Assembly: GCA_964016885.1 (NCBI GenBank)
Contig: CAXHJY010000763.1
Location: 1 to 64,000 of the forward strand
Direction: 5' to 3'
DNA: 64,000 nt
Source: Eledone cirrhosa
Lineage: Eukaryota
The notes under the pieces are model-generated. The model saw only the letters and a list, made by a program, of their open reading frames with translations. It made no database searches and had not been told where the DNA came from. Positions within the stretch are counted from its first letter, which is position 1. Each line of letters begins with the position of its first letter. Positions 24,801 through 39,300 of this stretch are shown here, piece after piece. The position numbers and the translations under genes were made by a program.

Positions 24801-27800
24801 TCACGCCACCCATAGCCAATGAGTGTCTGCACATGTACCAGTAATTACAGATCGATCCGACCACAGGCGGCCGGCCCACGATCGAAAAGGTAACTCCGCC
24901 GGCAAATTCGCATTTTTGTGATTCGTTTCTTCGAAGCACACCATTCGCTGGTGGACTTCAGCTTCCGCATTTAGCATGGGCAGCTTTTCTGGAAAATCAC
25001 ACCACACACAGTCAATGAGTGTCTGCACATGTACCAGTAATTACAGATCGATCCGACCACGGGCGGCCGGCCCACGATCGAAAAGGTAACTCCGCCGGCA
25101 AATTCGCATTTTTGTGATTCGTTTCTTCGAAGCACACCATTCGCTGGTGGACTTCAGCTTCCGCATTTAGCATGGGCAACTTTTCTTGAAAATCACACCA
25201 CACACAGGCAATGAGTGTCTGCACATGTACCAGTAATTACAAATCGATCCGACCACGGGCGGCCGGCCACGATCGAAAAGGTAACTCCGCCGGCAAATTC
25301 GCATTTTTGTGATTCGTTTCTTCGAAGCACACCATTCGCTGATGGACTTCAGCTTCCGCATTTAGCATGGGCAGCTTTTCTTGAACATCACACCACACAC
25401 AGCCAATGAGTGTCTGCACATATAGCAGTAATTACAGATCGATCCGACCACGGGCGGCCGGCCCACGATCGAAAAGGTAACTCCGCCGGCAAATTCGCAT
25501 TTTTGTGATTCGTTTCTTCGAAGCACACCATTCGCTGGTGGACTTGAGCTTCCGCATTTAGCATGGGCAGCTTTTCTTGAAAATCACACCACACACAGCA
25601 AATGTGTGTCTGCACATGGACCAGTAATTACAGATCGATCCGACCATAGGCGGCCGGCCCACGATCGAAAAGGTAACTCCGCCGGCAAATTCGCATTTTT
25701 GTGATTCGTTTCTTCGAAGCACACCATTCGCTGGTGGACTTCAGCTTCCGCATTTAGCATGGGCAGCTTTTCTTGAAAATCACACCACACACAGCAAATG
25801 TGTGTTTGCACATGGACCAGTAATTACAGATCGATCCGACCATAGGCGGCCGGCCCACGATCGAAAAGGTAACTCCGCCGGCAAATTCGCATTTTTGTGA
25901 TTCGTTTCTTCGAAGCACACCATTCGCTGGTGGACTTCAGCTTCCGCATTTAGCATGGGCAGCTTTTCTTGAAAATCACACCACACACAGCAAATTTGTG
26001 TTTGCACATGGACCAGTAATTACAGATCGATCCGACCATAGGCGGCCGGCCCACGATCGAAAAGGTAACTCCGCCGGCAAATTCGCATTTTTGTGATTCG
26101 TTTCTTCGAAGCACACCATTCGCTGGTGGACTTCAGCTTCCGCATTTAGCATGGGCAACTTTTCTTCGAAATCACACCACACACAGGCAATGAGTGTCTG
26201 CACATGTACCAGTAATTACAAATCGATCCGACCACGGGCGGCCGGCCACGATCGAAAAGGTAACTCCGCCGGCAAATTCGCATTTTTGTGATTCGTTTCT
26301 TCGAAGCACACCATTCGCTGGTGGACTTCAGCTTCCTCATTTAGCATGGGCAGCTTTTCTTGAACATCACACCACACACAGCCAATGAGTGTCTGCACAT
26401 ATACCAGTAATTACAGATCGATCCGACCACGGGCGGCCGGCCCACGATCGAAAAGGTAACTCCGCCGGCAAATTCGCATTTTTGTGATTCGTTTCTTCGA
26501 AGCACACCATTCGCTGGTGGACTTCAGCTTCCGCATTTAGCATGGGCAACTTTTCTTGAAAATCACACCACACACAGGCAATGAGTGTCTGCACATGTAC
26601 CAGTAATTACAAATCGATCCGACCACGGGCGGCCGGCCACGATCGAAAAGGTAACTCCGCCGGCAAATTCGCATTTTTGTGATTCGTTTCTTCGAAGCAC
26701 ACCATTCGCTGGTGGAATTCAGCTTCCTCATTTAGCATGGGCAGCTTTTCTTGAAAATCACACCATACACAGCCAATGAGTGTATGCACATATACCAGTA
26801 ATTACAGATCGATCCGACCACGGGCGGCCGGCCCACGATCGAAAAGGTAACTCCGCCGGCAAATTCGCATTTTTGTGATTCGTTTCTTCGAAGCACACCA
26901 TTCGCTGGTGGACTTCAGCTTCCGCATTTAGCATGGGCAGCTTTTCTTGAACATCACACCACACACAGCCAATGAGTGTCTCCACATATACCAGTAATTA
27001 CAGATCGATCCGACCACGGGCGGCCGGCCCACGATCGAAAAGGTAACTCCGCCGGCAAATTCGCATTTTTGTGATTCGTTTCTTCGAAGCACACCATTCG
27101 CTGGTAGACTTCAGCTTCCGCATTTAGCATGGGCAGCGTTTCTTGAAAATCACACCACACACAGTCAATGAGTGTCTGCACATATACCAGTAATTACAGA
27201 TCGATCCGACCAGAGGCGGCCGGCCCACGATCGAAAAGGTAACTCCGCCGGTAAATAGTCATTTTTGTGATTCGTTTTCTTCGAAGCACACCATTCGCCA
27301 CCGGACTTCAGCTTCCTCATTTAGCATGGGCAGTTTTTCTTGAACATCACACCACACACAGCCAATGAGTGTCTGCACATATACCAGTAATTACAGATCG
27401 ATCCGACCACGGGCGGCCGGCCCACGATCGAAAAGGTAACTCCGCCGGCAAATTCGCATTTTTGTGATTCGTTTCTTCGAAGCACACCATTCGCTGGTGG
27501 ACTTCAGCTTCCGCATTTAGCATGGGCAGCTTTTCTTGAAAATCACACCACACACAGCAAATGTGTGTCTGCACATGGACCAGTAATTACAGATCGATCC
27601 GACCATAGGCGGCCGGCCCACGATCGAAAAGGTAACTCCGCCGGCAAATTCGCATTTTTGTGATTCGTTTCTTCGAAGCACACCATTCGCTGGTGGACTT
27701 CAGCTTCCGCATTTAGCATGGGCAGCTTTTCTTGAAAATCACACCACACACAGCAAATTTGTGTTTGCACAGGGACCAGTAATTACAGATCGATCCGACC

Positions 27801-28719
27801 ATAGGCGGCCGGCCCACGATCGAAAAGGTAACTCCGCCGGCAAATTCGCATTTTTGTGATTCGTTTCTTCGAAGCACACCATTCGCTGGTGGACTTCAGC
27901 TTCCGCATTTAGCATGGGCAACTTTTCTTGAAAATCACACCACACACAGGCAATGAGTGTCTGCACATGTACCAGTAATTACAAATCGATCCGACCACGG
28001 GCGGCCGGCCACGATCGAAAAGGTAACTCCGCCGGCAAATTCGCATTTTTGTGATTCGTTTCTTCGAAGCACACCATTCGCTGGTGGACTTCAGCCTCCT
28101 CATTTAGCATGGGCAGCTTTTCTTGAACATCACACCACACACAGCCAATGAGTGTCTGCACATATACCAGTAATTACAGATCGATCCGACCACGGGCGGC
28201 CGGCCCACGATCGAAAAGGTAACTCCGCCGGCAAATTCGCATTTTTGTGATTCGTTTCTTCGAAGCACACCATTCGCTGGTGGACTTCAGCTTCCGCATT
28301 TAGCATGGGCAGCTTTTCTTGAACATCACACCACACACAGCCAATGAGTGTCTCCACATATACCAGTAATTACAGATCGATCCGACCACGGGCGGCCGGC
28401 CCACGATCGAAAAGGTAACTCCGCCGGCAAATTCGCATTTTTGTGATTCGTTTCTTCGAAGCACACCATTCGCTGGTAGACTTCAGCTTCCGCATTTAGC
28501 ATGGGCAGCGTTTCTTGAAAATCACACCACACACAGTCAATGAGTGTCTGCACATATACCACTAATTACAGATCGATCCGACCACAGGCGGCCGGCCCAC
28601 GATCGAAAAGGTAACTCCGCCGGTAAATAGTCATTTTTGTGATTCGTTTTCTTCGAAGCACACCATTCGCCGCCGGACTTCAGCTTCCTCATTTAGCATG
28701 GGCAGTTTTTCTTGAACAT

Positions 28720-31700
28720 CACACCACACACAGCCAATGAGTGTCTGCACATATACCAGTAATTACAGATCGATCCGACCACGGGCGGCCGGCCCACGAT
28801 CGAAAAGGTAACTCCGCCGGCAAATTCGCATTTTTGTGATTCGTTTCTTCGAAGCACACCATTCGTGGGTAGACTTCAGCTTCCGCATTTAGCATGGGCA
28901 GCTTTTCTTGAAAATCACACCACACACAGCAAATGTGTGTCTGCACATGGACCAGTAATTACAGATCGATCCGACCATAGGCGGCCGGCCCACGATCGAA
29001 AAGGTAACTCCGCCAGCAAATTCGCATTTTTGTGATTCGTTTCTTCGAAGCACACCATTCGCTGGTGGACTTCAGCTTCCGCATTTAGCATGGGCAACGT
29101 TTCGTGAAAATCACACCACACAGAGCAAATGTGTGTCTGCACATGGACCAGTAATTACAGATCGATCCGACCACAGGCGACCGGCCCACGATCGAAAAGG
29201 TAACTCCGCCGGTAAATAGTCATTTTTGTGATTCGTTTTCTTCGAAGCACACCATTCGCCGCCGGACTTCAGCTTCCTCATTTAGCATGGGTAGTTTTTC
29301 TTGAAAATCACACCACACACCGGCAATGAGTGTCTGCACATGCACCAGTAATTACAAATCGATCCGACCACGGGCGGCCGGCCACGATCGAAAAGGTAAC
29401 TCCGCCGGCAAATTCGCATTTTTGTGATTCGTTTCTTCGAAGCACACCATTCGCTGGTGGACTTCAGCTTCCTCATTTAGCATGGGCAGTTTTTCTTGAA
29501 CATCACACCACACACAGCCAATGAGTGTCTGCACATATACCAGTAATTACAGATCGATCCGACCACGGGCGGCCGGCCCACGATCGGAAAGGTAACTCCG
29601 CCGGCAAATTCGCATTTTTGTGATTCGTTTCTTCGAAGCACACCATTCGCTGGTAGACTTCAGCTTCCGCATTTAGCATGGGCAGCGTTTCTTGAAAATC
29701 ACACCACACACAGCAAATGTGTGTCTGCACATGGACCAGTAATTACAGATCGATCCGACCATAGGCGGCCGGCCCACGATCGAAAAGGTAACTCCGCCGG
29801 CAAATTCGCATTTTTGTGATTCGTTTCTTCGAAGCACACCATTCGCTGGTGGACTTCAGCTTCCGCATTTAGCATGGGCAACTTTTCTTGAAAATCACAC
29901 CACACACAGGCAATGAGTGTCTGCACATGTACCAGTAATTACAAATCGATCCGACCACGGGCGGCCGGCCACGATCGAAAAGGTAACTCCGCCGGCAAAT
30001 TCGCATTTTTGTGATTCGTTTCTTCGAAGCACACCATTCGCTGGTGGACTTCAGCTTCCTCATTTAGCATGGGCAGCTTTTCTTGAAAATCACACCACAC
30101 ACAGCCAATGAGTGTCTGCACATATACCAGTAATTACAGATCGATCCGACCACGGGCGGCCGGCCCACGATCGAAAAGGTAACTCCGCCGGCAAATTCGC
30201 ATTTTTGTGATTCGTTTCTTCGAAGCACACCATTCGCTGGTGGACTTCAGCTTTCGCATTTAGCATGGGCAGCTTTTCTTGAAAATCACACCACACACTG
30301 CAAATGTGTGTCTGCACATGGACCAGTAATTACAGATCGATCCGACCATAGGCGGCCGGGCCACGATCGAAAAGGTAACTCCGCCGGCAAATTCGCATTT
30401 TTGTGATTCGTTTCTTCGAAGCACACCATTCGCTGCTGGACTTCAGCTTCCGCATTTAGCATGGGCAGCTTTTCTTGAAAATCACACCACACACAGCTAA
30501 TGAGTGTCTGCACCTATACCAGTTATTACAGATCGATCCGACCATGGGCAGCCGGCCCACGATCGAAAAGGTAACTCCGCCGGCAAATTCGCATTTTTGT
30601 GATTCGTTTCTTCGAAGCACACCATTCGCTGGTGGACTTCAGCTTCCGCATTTAGCATGGGCAACGTTTCGTGAAAATCACACCACACAGAGCAAATGTG
30701 TGTCTGCACATGGACCAGTAATTACAGATCGATTCGACCACAGGCGGCCGGCCCACGATCGAAAAGGTAACTCCGCCGGCAAATTCGCATTTTTGTGATT
30801 CGTTTCTTCGAAGCACACCATTCGCTGGTGGACTTCAGCTTCCGCATTTAGCATGGGCAACTTTTCTTGAAAATCACACCACACACAGGCAATGAGGGTC
30901 TGCACATGTACCAGTAATTACAAATCGATCCGACCACGGGCGGCCGGCCAGGATCGAAAAGGTAACTCCGCCGGCAAATTCGCATTTTTGTGATTCGTTT
31001 CTTCGAAGCACACCATTCGCTGGTGGACTTCAGCTTCCTCATTTAGCATGGGCAGCTTTTCTTGAACATCACACCACACACAGCCAATGAGTGTCTGCAC
31101 ATATACCAGTAATTACAGATCGATCCGACCACGGGCGGCCAGCCCACGATCGAAAAGGTAACTCCGCCGGCAAATTCGCATTTTTGTGATTCGTTTCTTC
31201 GAAGCACACCATTCGCTGGTGGACTTCAGCTTCCGCATTTAGCATGGGCAGCTTTTCTTGAACATCACACCACACACAGCCAATGAGTGTCTCCACATAT
31301 ACCAGTAATTACAGATCGATCCGACCACGGGCGGCCGGCCCACGATCGAAAAGGTAACTCCGCCGGCAAATTCGCATTTTTGTGATTCGTTTCTTCGAAG
31401 CACACCATTCGTGGGTAGACTTCAGCTTCCGCATTTAGCATGGGCAGCTTTTCTTGAAAATCACACCACACACAGCAAATGTGTGTCTGCACATGGACCA
31501 GTAATTACAGATCGATCCGACCATAGGCGGCCGGCCCACGATCGAAAAGGTAACTCCGCCAGCAAATTCGCATTTTTGTGATTCGTTTCTTCGAAGCACA
31601 CCATTCGCTGGTGGACTTCAGCTTCCGCATTTAGCATGGGCAACGTTTCGTGAAAATCACACCACACAGAGCAAATGTGTGTCTGCACATGGACCAGTAA

Positions 31701-34700
31701 TTACAGATCGATCCGACCACAGGCGGCCGGCCCACGATCGAAAAGGTAACTCCGCCGGTAAATAGTCATTTTTGTGATTCGTTTTCTTCGAAGCACACCA
31801 TTCGCCGCCGGACTTCAGCTTCCTCATTTAGCATGGGTAGTTTTTCTTGAAAATCACACCACACACCGGCAATGAGTGTCTGCACATGCACCAGTAATTA
31901 CAAATCGATCCGACCACGGGCGGCCGGCCACGATCGAAAAGGTAACTCCGCCGGCAAATTCGCATTTTTGTGATTCGTTTCTTCGAAGCACACCATTCGC
32001 TGGTAGACTTCAGCTTCCGCATTTAGCATGGGCAGCGTTTCTTGAAAATCACACCACACACAGTCAATGAGTGTCTGCACATATACCAGTAATTACAGAT
32101 CGATCCGACCACAGGCGGCCGGCCCACGATCGAAAAGGTAACTCCGCCGGCAAATTCGCATTTTTGTGATTCGTTTCTTCGAAGCACACCATTCGCTGGT
32201 GGACTTCAGCTTCCGCATTTAGCATGGGCAGCTGTTCTTGAAAATCACACCACACACAGCAAATGTGTGTCTGCACATGGACCAGTAATTACAGATCGAT
32301 CCGAATATAGGCGGCCGGCCCACGATCGAAAAGGTAACTCCGCCGGCAAATTCGCATTTTTGTGATTCGTTTCTTCGAAGCACACCATTCGCTGGTGGAC
32401 TTCAGCTTCCGCATTTAGCATGGGCAACTTTTCTTGAAAATCACACCACACACAGGCAATGAGTGTCTGCACATGTACCAGTAATTACAAATCGATCCGA
32501 CCACGGGCGGCCGGCCACGATCGAAAAGGTAACTCCGCCGGCAAATTCGCATTTTTGTGATTCGTTTCTTCGAAGCACACCATTCGCTGGTGGACTTCAG
32601 CTTCCTCATTTAGCATGGGCAGCTTTTCTTGAAAATCACACCACACACAGCCAATGAGTGTCTGCACATATACCAGTAATTACAGATCGATCCGACCACG
32701 GGCGGCCGGCCCACGATCGAAAAGGTAACTCCGCCGGCAAATTCGCATTTTTGTGATTCGTTTCTTCGAAGCACACCATTCGCTGGTGGACTTCAGCTTT
32801 CGCATTTAGCATGGGCAGCTTTTCTTGAAAATCACACCACACACTGCAAATGTGTGTCTGCACATGGACCAGTAATTACAGATCGATCCGACCATAGGCG
32901 GCCGGGCCACGATCGAAAAGGTAACTCCGCCGGCAAATTCGCATTTTTGTGATTCGTTTCTTCGAAGCACACCATTCGCTGCTGGACTTCAGCTTCCGCA
33001 TTTAGCATGGGCAGCTTTTCTTGAAAATCACACCACACACAGCTAATGAGTGTCTGCACCTATACCAGTTATTACAGATCGATCCGACCATGGGCAGCCG
33101 GCCCACGATCGAAAAGGTAACTCCGCCGGCAAATTCGCATTTTTGTGATTCGTTTCTTCGAAGCACACCATTCGCTGGTGGACTTCAGCTTCCGCATTTA
33201 GCATGGGCAACGTTTCGTGAAAATCACACCACACAGAGCAAATGTGTGTCTGCACATGGACCAGTAATTACAGATCGATTCGACCACAGGCGGCCGGCCC
33301 ACGATCGAAAAGGTAACTCCGCCGGCAAATTCGCATTTTTGTGATTCGTTTCTTCGAAGCACACCATTCGCTGGTGGACTTCAGCTTCCGCATTTAGCAT
33401 GGGCAACTTTTCTTGAAAATCACACCACACACAGGCAATGAGGGTCTGCACATGTACCAGTAATTACAAATCGATCCGACCACGGGCGGCCGGCCAGGAT
33501 CGAAAAGGTAACTCCGCCGGCAAATTCGCATTTTTGTGATTCGTTTCTTCGAAGCACACCATTCGCTGGTGGACTTCAGCTTCCTCATTTAGCATGGGCA
33601 GCTTTTCTTGAACATCACACCACACACAGCCAATGAGTGTCTGCACATATACCAGTAATTACAGATCGATCCGACCACGGGCGGCCAGCCCACGATCGAA
33701 AAGGTAACTCCGCCGGCAAATTCGCATTTTTGTGATTCGTTTCTTCGAAGCACACCATTCGCTGGTGGACTTCAGCTTCCGCATTTAGCATGGGCAGCTT
33801 TTCTTGAACATCACACCACACACAGCCAATGAGTGTCTCCACATATACCAGTAATTACAGATCGATCCGACCACGGGCGGCCGGCCCACGATCGAAAAGG
33901 TAACTCCGCCGGCAAATTCGCATTTTTGTGATTCGTTTCTTCGAAGCACACCATTCGTGGGTAGACTTCAGCTTCCGCATTTAGCATGGGCAGCTTTTCT
34001 TGAAAATCACACCACACACAGCAAATGTGTGTCTGCACATGGACCAGTAATTACAGATCGATCCGACCATAGGCGGCCGGCCCACGATCGAAAAGGTAAC
34101 TCCGCCAGCAAATTCGCATTTTTGTGATTCGTTTCTTCGAAGCACACCATTCGCTGGTGGACTTCAGCTTCCGCATTTAGCATGGGCAACGTTTCGTGAA
34201 AATCACACCACACAGAGCAAATGTGTGTCTGCACATGGACCAGTAATTACAGATCGATCCGACCACAGGCGGCCGGCCCACGATCGAAAAGGTAACTCCG
34301 CCGGTAAATAGTCATTTTTGTGATTCGTTTTCTTCGAAGCACACCATTCGCCGCCGGACTTCAGCTTCCTCATTTAGCATGGGTAGTTTTTCTTGAAAAT
34401 CACACCACACACCGGCAATGAGTGTCTGCACATGCACCAGTAATTACAAATCGATCCGACCACGGGCGGCCGGCCACGATCGAAAAGGTAACTCCGCCGG
34501 CAAATTCGCATTTTTGTGATTCGTTTCTTCGAAGCACACCATTCGCTGGTAGACTTCAGCTTCCGCATTTAGCATGGGCAGCGTTTCTTGAAAATCACAC
34601 CACACACAGTCAATGAGTGTCTGCACATATACCAGTAATTACAGATCGATCCGACCACAGGCGGCCGGCCCACGATCGAAAAGGTAACTCCGCCGGCAAA

Positions 34701-36350
34701 TTCGCATTTTTGTGATTCGTTTCTTCGAAGCACACCATTCGCTGGTGGACTTCAGCTTCCGCATTTAGCATGGGCAGCTGTTCTTGAAAATCACACCACA
34801 CACAGCAAATGTGTGTCTGCACATGGACCAGTAATTACAGATCGATCCGAATATAGGCGGCCGGCCCACGATCGAAAAGGTAACTCCGCCGGCAAATTCG
34901 CATTTTTGTGATTCGTTTCTTCGAAGCACACCATTCGCTGGTGGACTTCAGCTTCCGCATTTAGCATGGGCAACTTTTCTTGAAAATCACACCACACACA
35001 GGCAATGAGTGTCTGCACATGTACCAGTAATTACAAATCGATCCGACCACGGGCGGCCGGCCACGATCGAAAAGGTAACTCCGCCGGCAAATTCGCATTT
35101 TTGTGATTCGTTTCTTCGAAGCACACCATTCGCTGGTGGACTTCAGCTTCCTCATTTAGCATGGGCAGCTTTTCTTGAAAATCACACCACACACAGCCAA
35201 TGAGTGTCTGCACATATACCAGTAATTACAGATCGATCCGACCACGGGCGGCCGGCCCACGATCGAAAAGGTAACTCCGCCGGCAAATTCGCATTTTTGT
35301 GATTCGTTTCTTCGAAGCACACCATTCGCTGGTGGACTTCAGCTTCCGCATTTAGCATGGGCAGCTTTTCTTGAAAATCACACCACACACTGCAAATGTG
35401 TGTCTGCACATGGACCAGTAATTACAGATCGATCCGACCATAGGCGGCCGGCCCACGATCGAAAAGGTAACTCCGCCGGCAAATTCGCATTTTTGTGATT
35501 CGTTTCTTCGAAGCACACCATTCGCTGCTGGACTTCAGCTTCCGCATTTAGCATGGGCAGCTTTTCTTGAAAATCACACCACACACAGCTAATGAGTGTC
35601 TGCACCTATACCAGTTATTACAGATCGATCCGACCATGGGCAGCCGGCCCACGATCGAAAAGGTAACTCCGCCGGCAAATTCGCATTTTTGTGATTCGTT
35701 TCTTCGAAGCACACCATTCGCTGGTGGACTTCAGCTTCCGCATTTAGCATGGGCAACGTTTCGTGAAAATCACACCACACAGAGCAAATGTGTGTCTGCA
35801 CATGGACCAGTAATTACAGATCGATTCGACCACAGGCGGCCGGCCCACGATCGAAAAGGTAACTCCGCCGGCAAATTCGCATTTTTGTGATTCGTTTCTT
35901 CGAAGCACACCATTCGCTGGTGGACTTCAGCTTCCGCATTTAGCATGGGCAACTTTTCTTGAAAATCACACCACACACAGGCAATGAGGGTCTGCACATG
36001 TACCAGTAATTACAAATCGATCCGACCACGGGCGGCCGGCCAGGATCGAAAAGGTAACTCCGCCGGCAAATTCGCATTTTTGTGATTCGTTTCTTCGAAG
36101 CACACCATTCGCTGGTGGACTTCAGCTTCCTCATTTAGCATGGGCAGCTTTTCTTGAACATCACACCACACACAGCCAATGAGTGTTTGCACATATACCA
36201 GTAATTACAGATCGATCCGACCACGGGCGGCCAGCCCACGATCGAAAAGGTAACTCCGCCGGCAAATTCGCATTTTTGTGATTCGTTTCTTCGAAGCACA
36301 CCATTCGCTGGTGGACTTCAGCTTCCGCATTTAGCATGGGCAACTTTTCT
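28720..36350 (+). repeat. 2546-bp (13-monomer) HOR, about 3 copies
   Basis: Offsets 28915/31461/34007, 30090/32636/35182, 30918/33464/36010. Shared markers CCAGCAAA, GCTGCTGG, CACCTATACCAGTT, GAGGGTCT, CCAGGATCG. Confidence 0.9.
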
Positions 36351-39300
36351 TGAAAATCACACCACACACAGCTAATGAGTGTATGCACATATACCAGTAA
36401 TTACAGATCGATCCGACCACGGGCGGCCGGCCCACGATCGAAAAGGTAACTCCGCCGGCAAATTCGCATTTTTGTGATTCGTTTCTTCGAAGCACACCAT
36501 TCGCTGGTGGACTTCAGCTTCCGCATTTAGCATGGGCAGCTTTTCTTGAACATCACACCACACACAGCCAATGAGTGTCTCCACATATACCAGTAATTAC
36601 AGATCGATCCGACCACGGGCGGCCGGCCCACGATCGAAAAGGTAACTCCGCCGGCAAATTCGCATTTTTGTGATTCGTTTCTTCGAAGCACACCATTCGC
36701 TGGTAGACTTCAGCTTCCGCATTTAGCATGGGCAGCGTTTCTTGAAAATCACACCACACACAGTCAATGAGTGTCTGCACATATACCAGTAATTACAGAT
36801 CGATCCGACCAGAGGCGGCCGGCCCACGATCGAAAAGGTAACTCCGCCGGTAAATAGTCATTTTTGTGATTCGTTTTCTTCGAAGCACACCATTCGCCGC
36901 CGGACTTCAGCTTCCTCATTTAGCATGGGCAGTTTTTCTTGAACATCACACCACACACAGCAAATTTGTGTTTGCACATGGACCAGTAATTACAGATCGA
37001 TCCGACCATAGGCGGCCGGCCCACGATCGAAAAGGTAACTCCGCCGGCAAATTCGCATTTTTGTGATTCGTTTCTTCGAAGCACACCATTCGCTGGTGGA
37101 CTTCAGCTTCCGCATTTAGCATGGGCAGCTTTTCTTGAAAATCACACCACACACAGCAAATTTGTGTTTGCACATGGACCAGTAATTACAGATCGATCCG
37201 ACCATAGGCGGCCGGCCCACGATCGAAAAGGTAACTCCGCCGGCAAATTCGCATTTTTGTGATTCGTTTCTTCGAAGCACACCATTCGCTGGTGGACTTC
37301 AGCTTCCGCATTTAGCATGGGCAACTTTTCTTGAACATCACACCACACACAGCCAATGAGTGTCTGCACATATACCAGTAATTACAGATCGATCCGACCA
37401 CGGGCGGCCGGCCCACGATCGAAAAGGTAACTCCGCCGGCAAATTCGCATTTTTGTGATTCGTTTCTTCGAAGCACACCATTCGCTGGTGGACTTCAGCT
37501 TCCGCATTTAGCATGGGCAGCTTTTCTTGAAAATCACACCACACACAGTCAATGAGTGTCTGCACATATACCAGTAATTACAGATCGATCCGACCACGGG
37601 CGGCCGGCCCACGATCGAAAAGGTAACTCCGCCGGCAAATTCGCATTTTTGTGATTCGTTTCTTCGAAGCACACCATTCGCTGGTGGAATTCAGCTTCCT
37701 CATTTAGCATGGGCAGCTTTTCTTGAAAATCACACCATACACAGCCAATGAGTGTATGCACATATACCAGTAATTACAGATCGATCCGACTACGGGCGGC
37801 CGGCCCACGATCGAAAAGGTAACTCCGCCGGCAAATTCGCATTTTTGTGATTCGTTTCTTCGAAGCACACCATTCGCTGGTGGACTTCAGCTTCCTCATT
37901 TAGCATGGGCAGCTTTTCTTGAACATCACACCACACACAGCCAATGAGTGTCTGCACATATACCAGTAATTACAGATCGATCCGACCACGGGCGGCCAGC
38001 CCACGATCGAAAAGGTAACTCCGCCGGCAAATTCGCATTTTTGTGATTCGTTTCTTCGAAGCACACCATTCGCTGGTGGACTTCAGCTTCCGCATTTAGC
38101 ATGGGCAACTTTTCTTGAAAATCACACCACACACAGCTAATGAGTGTATGCACATATACCAGTAATTACAGATCGATCCGACCACGGGCGGCCGGCCCAC
38201 GATCGAAAAGGTAACTCCGCCGGCAAATTCGCATTTTTGTGATTCGTTTCTTCGAAGCACACCATTCGCTGGTGGACTTCAGCTTCCGCATTTAGCATGG
38301 GCAGCTTTTCTTGAACATCACACCACACACAGCCAATGAGTGTCTCCACATATACCAGTAATTACAGATCGATCCGACCACGGGCGGCCGGCCCACGATC
38401 GAAAAGGTAACTCCGCCGGCAAATTCGCATTTTTGTGATTCGTTTCTTCGAAGCACACCATTCGCTGGTAGACTTCAGCTTCCGCATTTAGCATGGGCAG
38501 CGTTTCTTGAAAATCACACCACACACAGTCAATGAGTGTCTGCACATATACCAGTAATTACAGATCGATCCGACCAGAGGCGGCCGGCCCACGATCGAAA
38601 AGGTAACTCCGCCGGTAAATAGTCATTTTTGTGATTCGTTTTCTTCGAAGCACACCATTCGCCGCCGGACTTCAGCTTCCTCATTTAGCATGGGCAGTTT
38701 TTCTTGAACATCACACCACACACAGCCAATGAGTGTCTGCACATATACCAGTAATTACAGATCGATCCGACTACGGGCGGCCGGCCCACGATCGAAAAGG
38801 TAACTCCGCCGGCAAATTCGCATTTTTGTGATTCGTTTCTTCGAAGCACACCATTCGCTGGTGGACTTCAGCTTCCGCATTTAGCATGGGCAGCTTTTCT
38901 TGAAAATCACACCACACACAGCAGATGTGTGTCTGCACATGGACCAGTAATTACAGATCGATCCGACCATAGGCGGCCGGCCCACGATCGAAAAGGTAAC
39001 TCCGCCGGCAAATTCGCATTTTTGTGATTCGTTTCTTCGAAGCACACCATTCGCTGGTGGACTTCAGCTTCCGCATTTAGCATGGGCAGCTTTTCTTGAA
39101 AATCACACCACACACAGCAAATTTGTGTTTGCACATGGACCAGTAATTACAGATCGATCCGACCATAGGCGGCCGGCCCACGATCGAAAAGGTAACTCCG
39201 CCGGCAAATTCGCATTTTTGTGATTCGTTTCTTCGAAGCACACCATTCGCTGGTGGACTTCAGCTTCCGCATTTAGCATGGGCAACTTTTCTTGAACATC

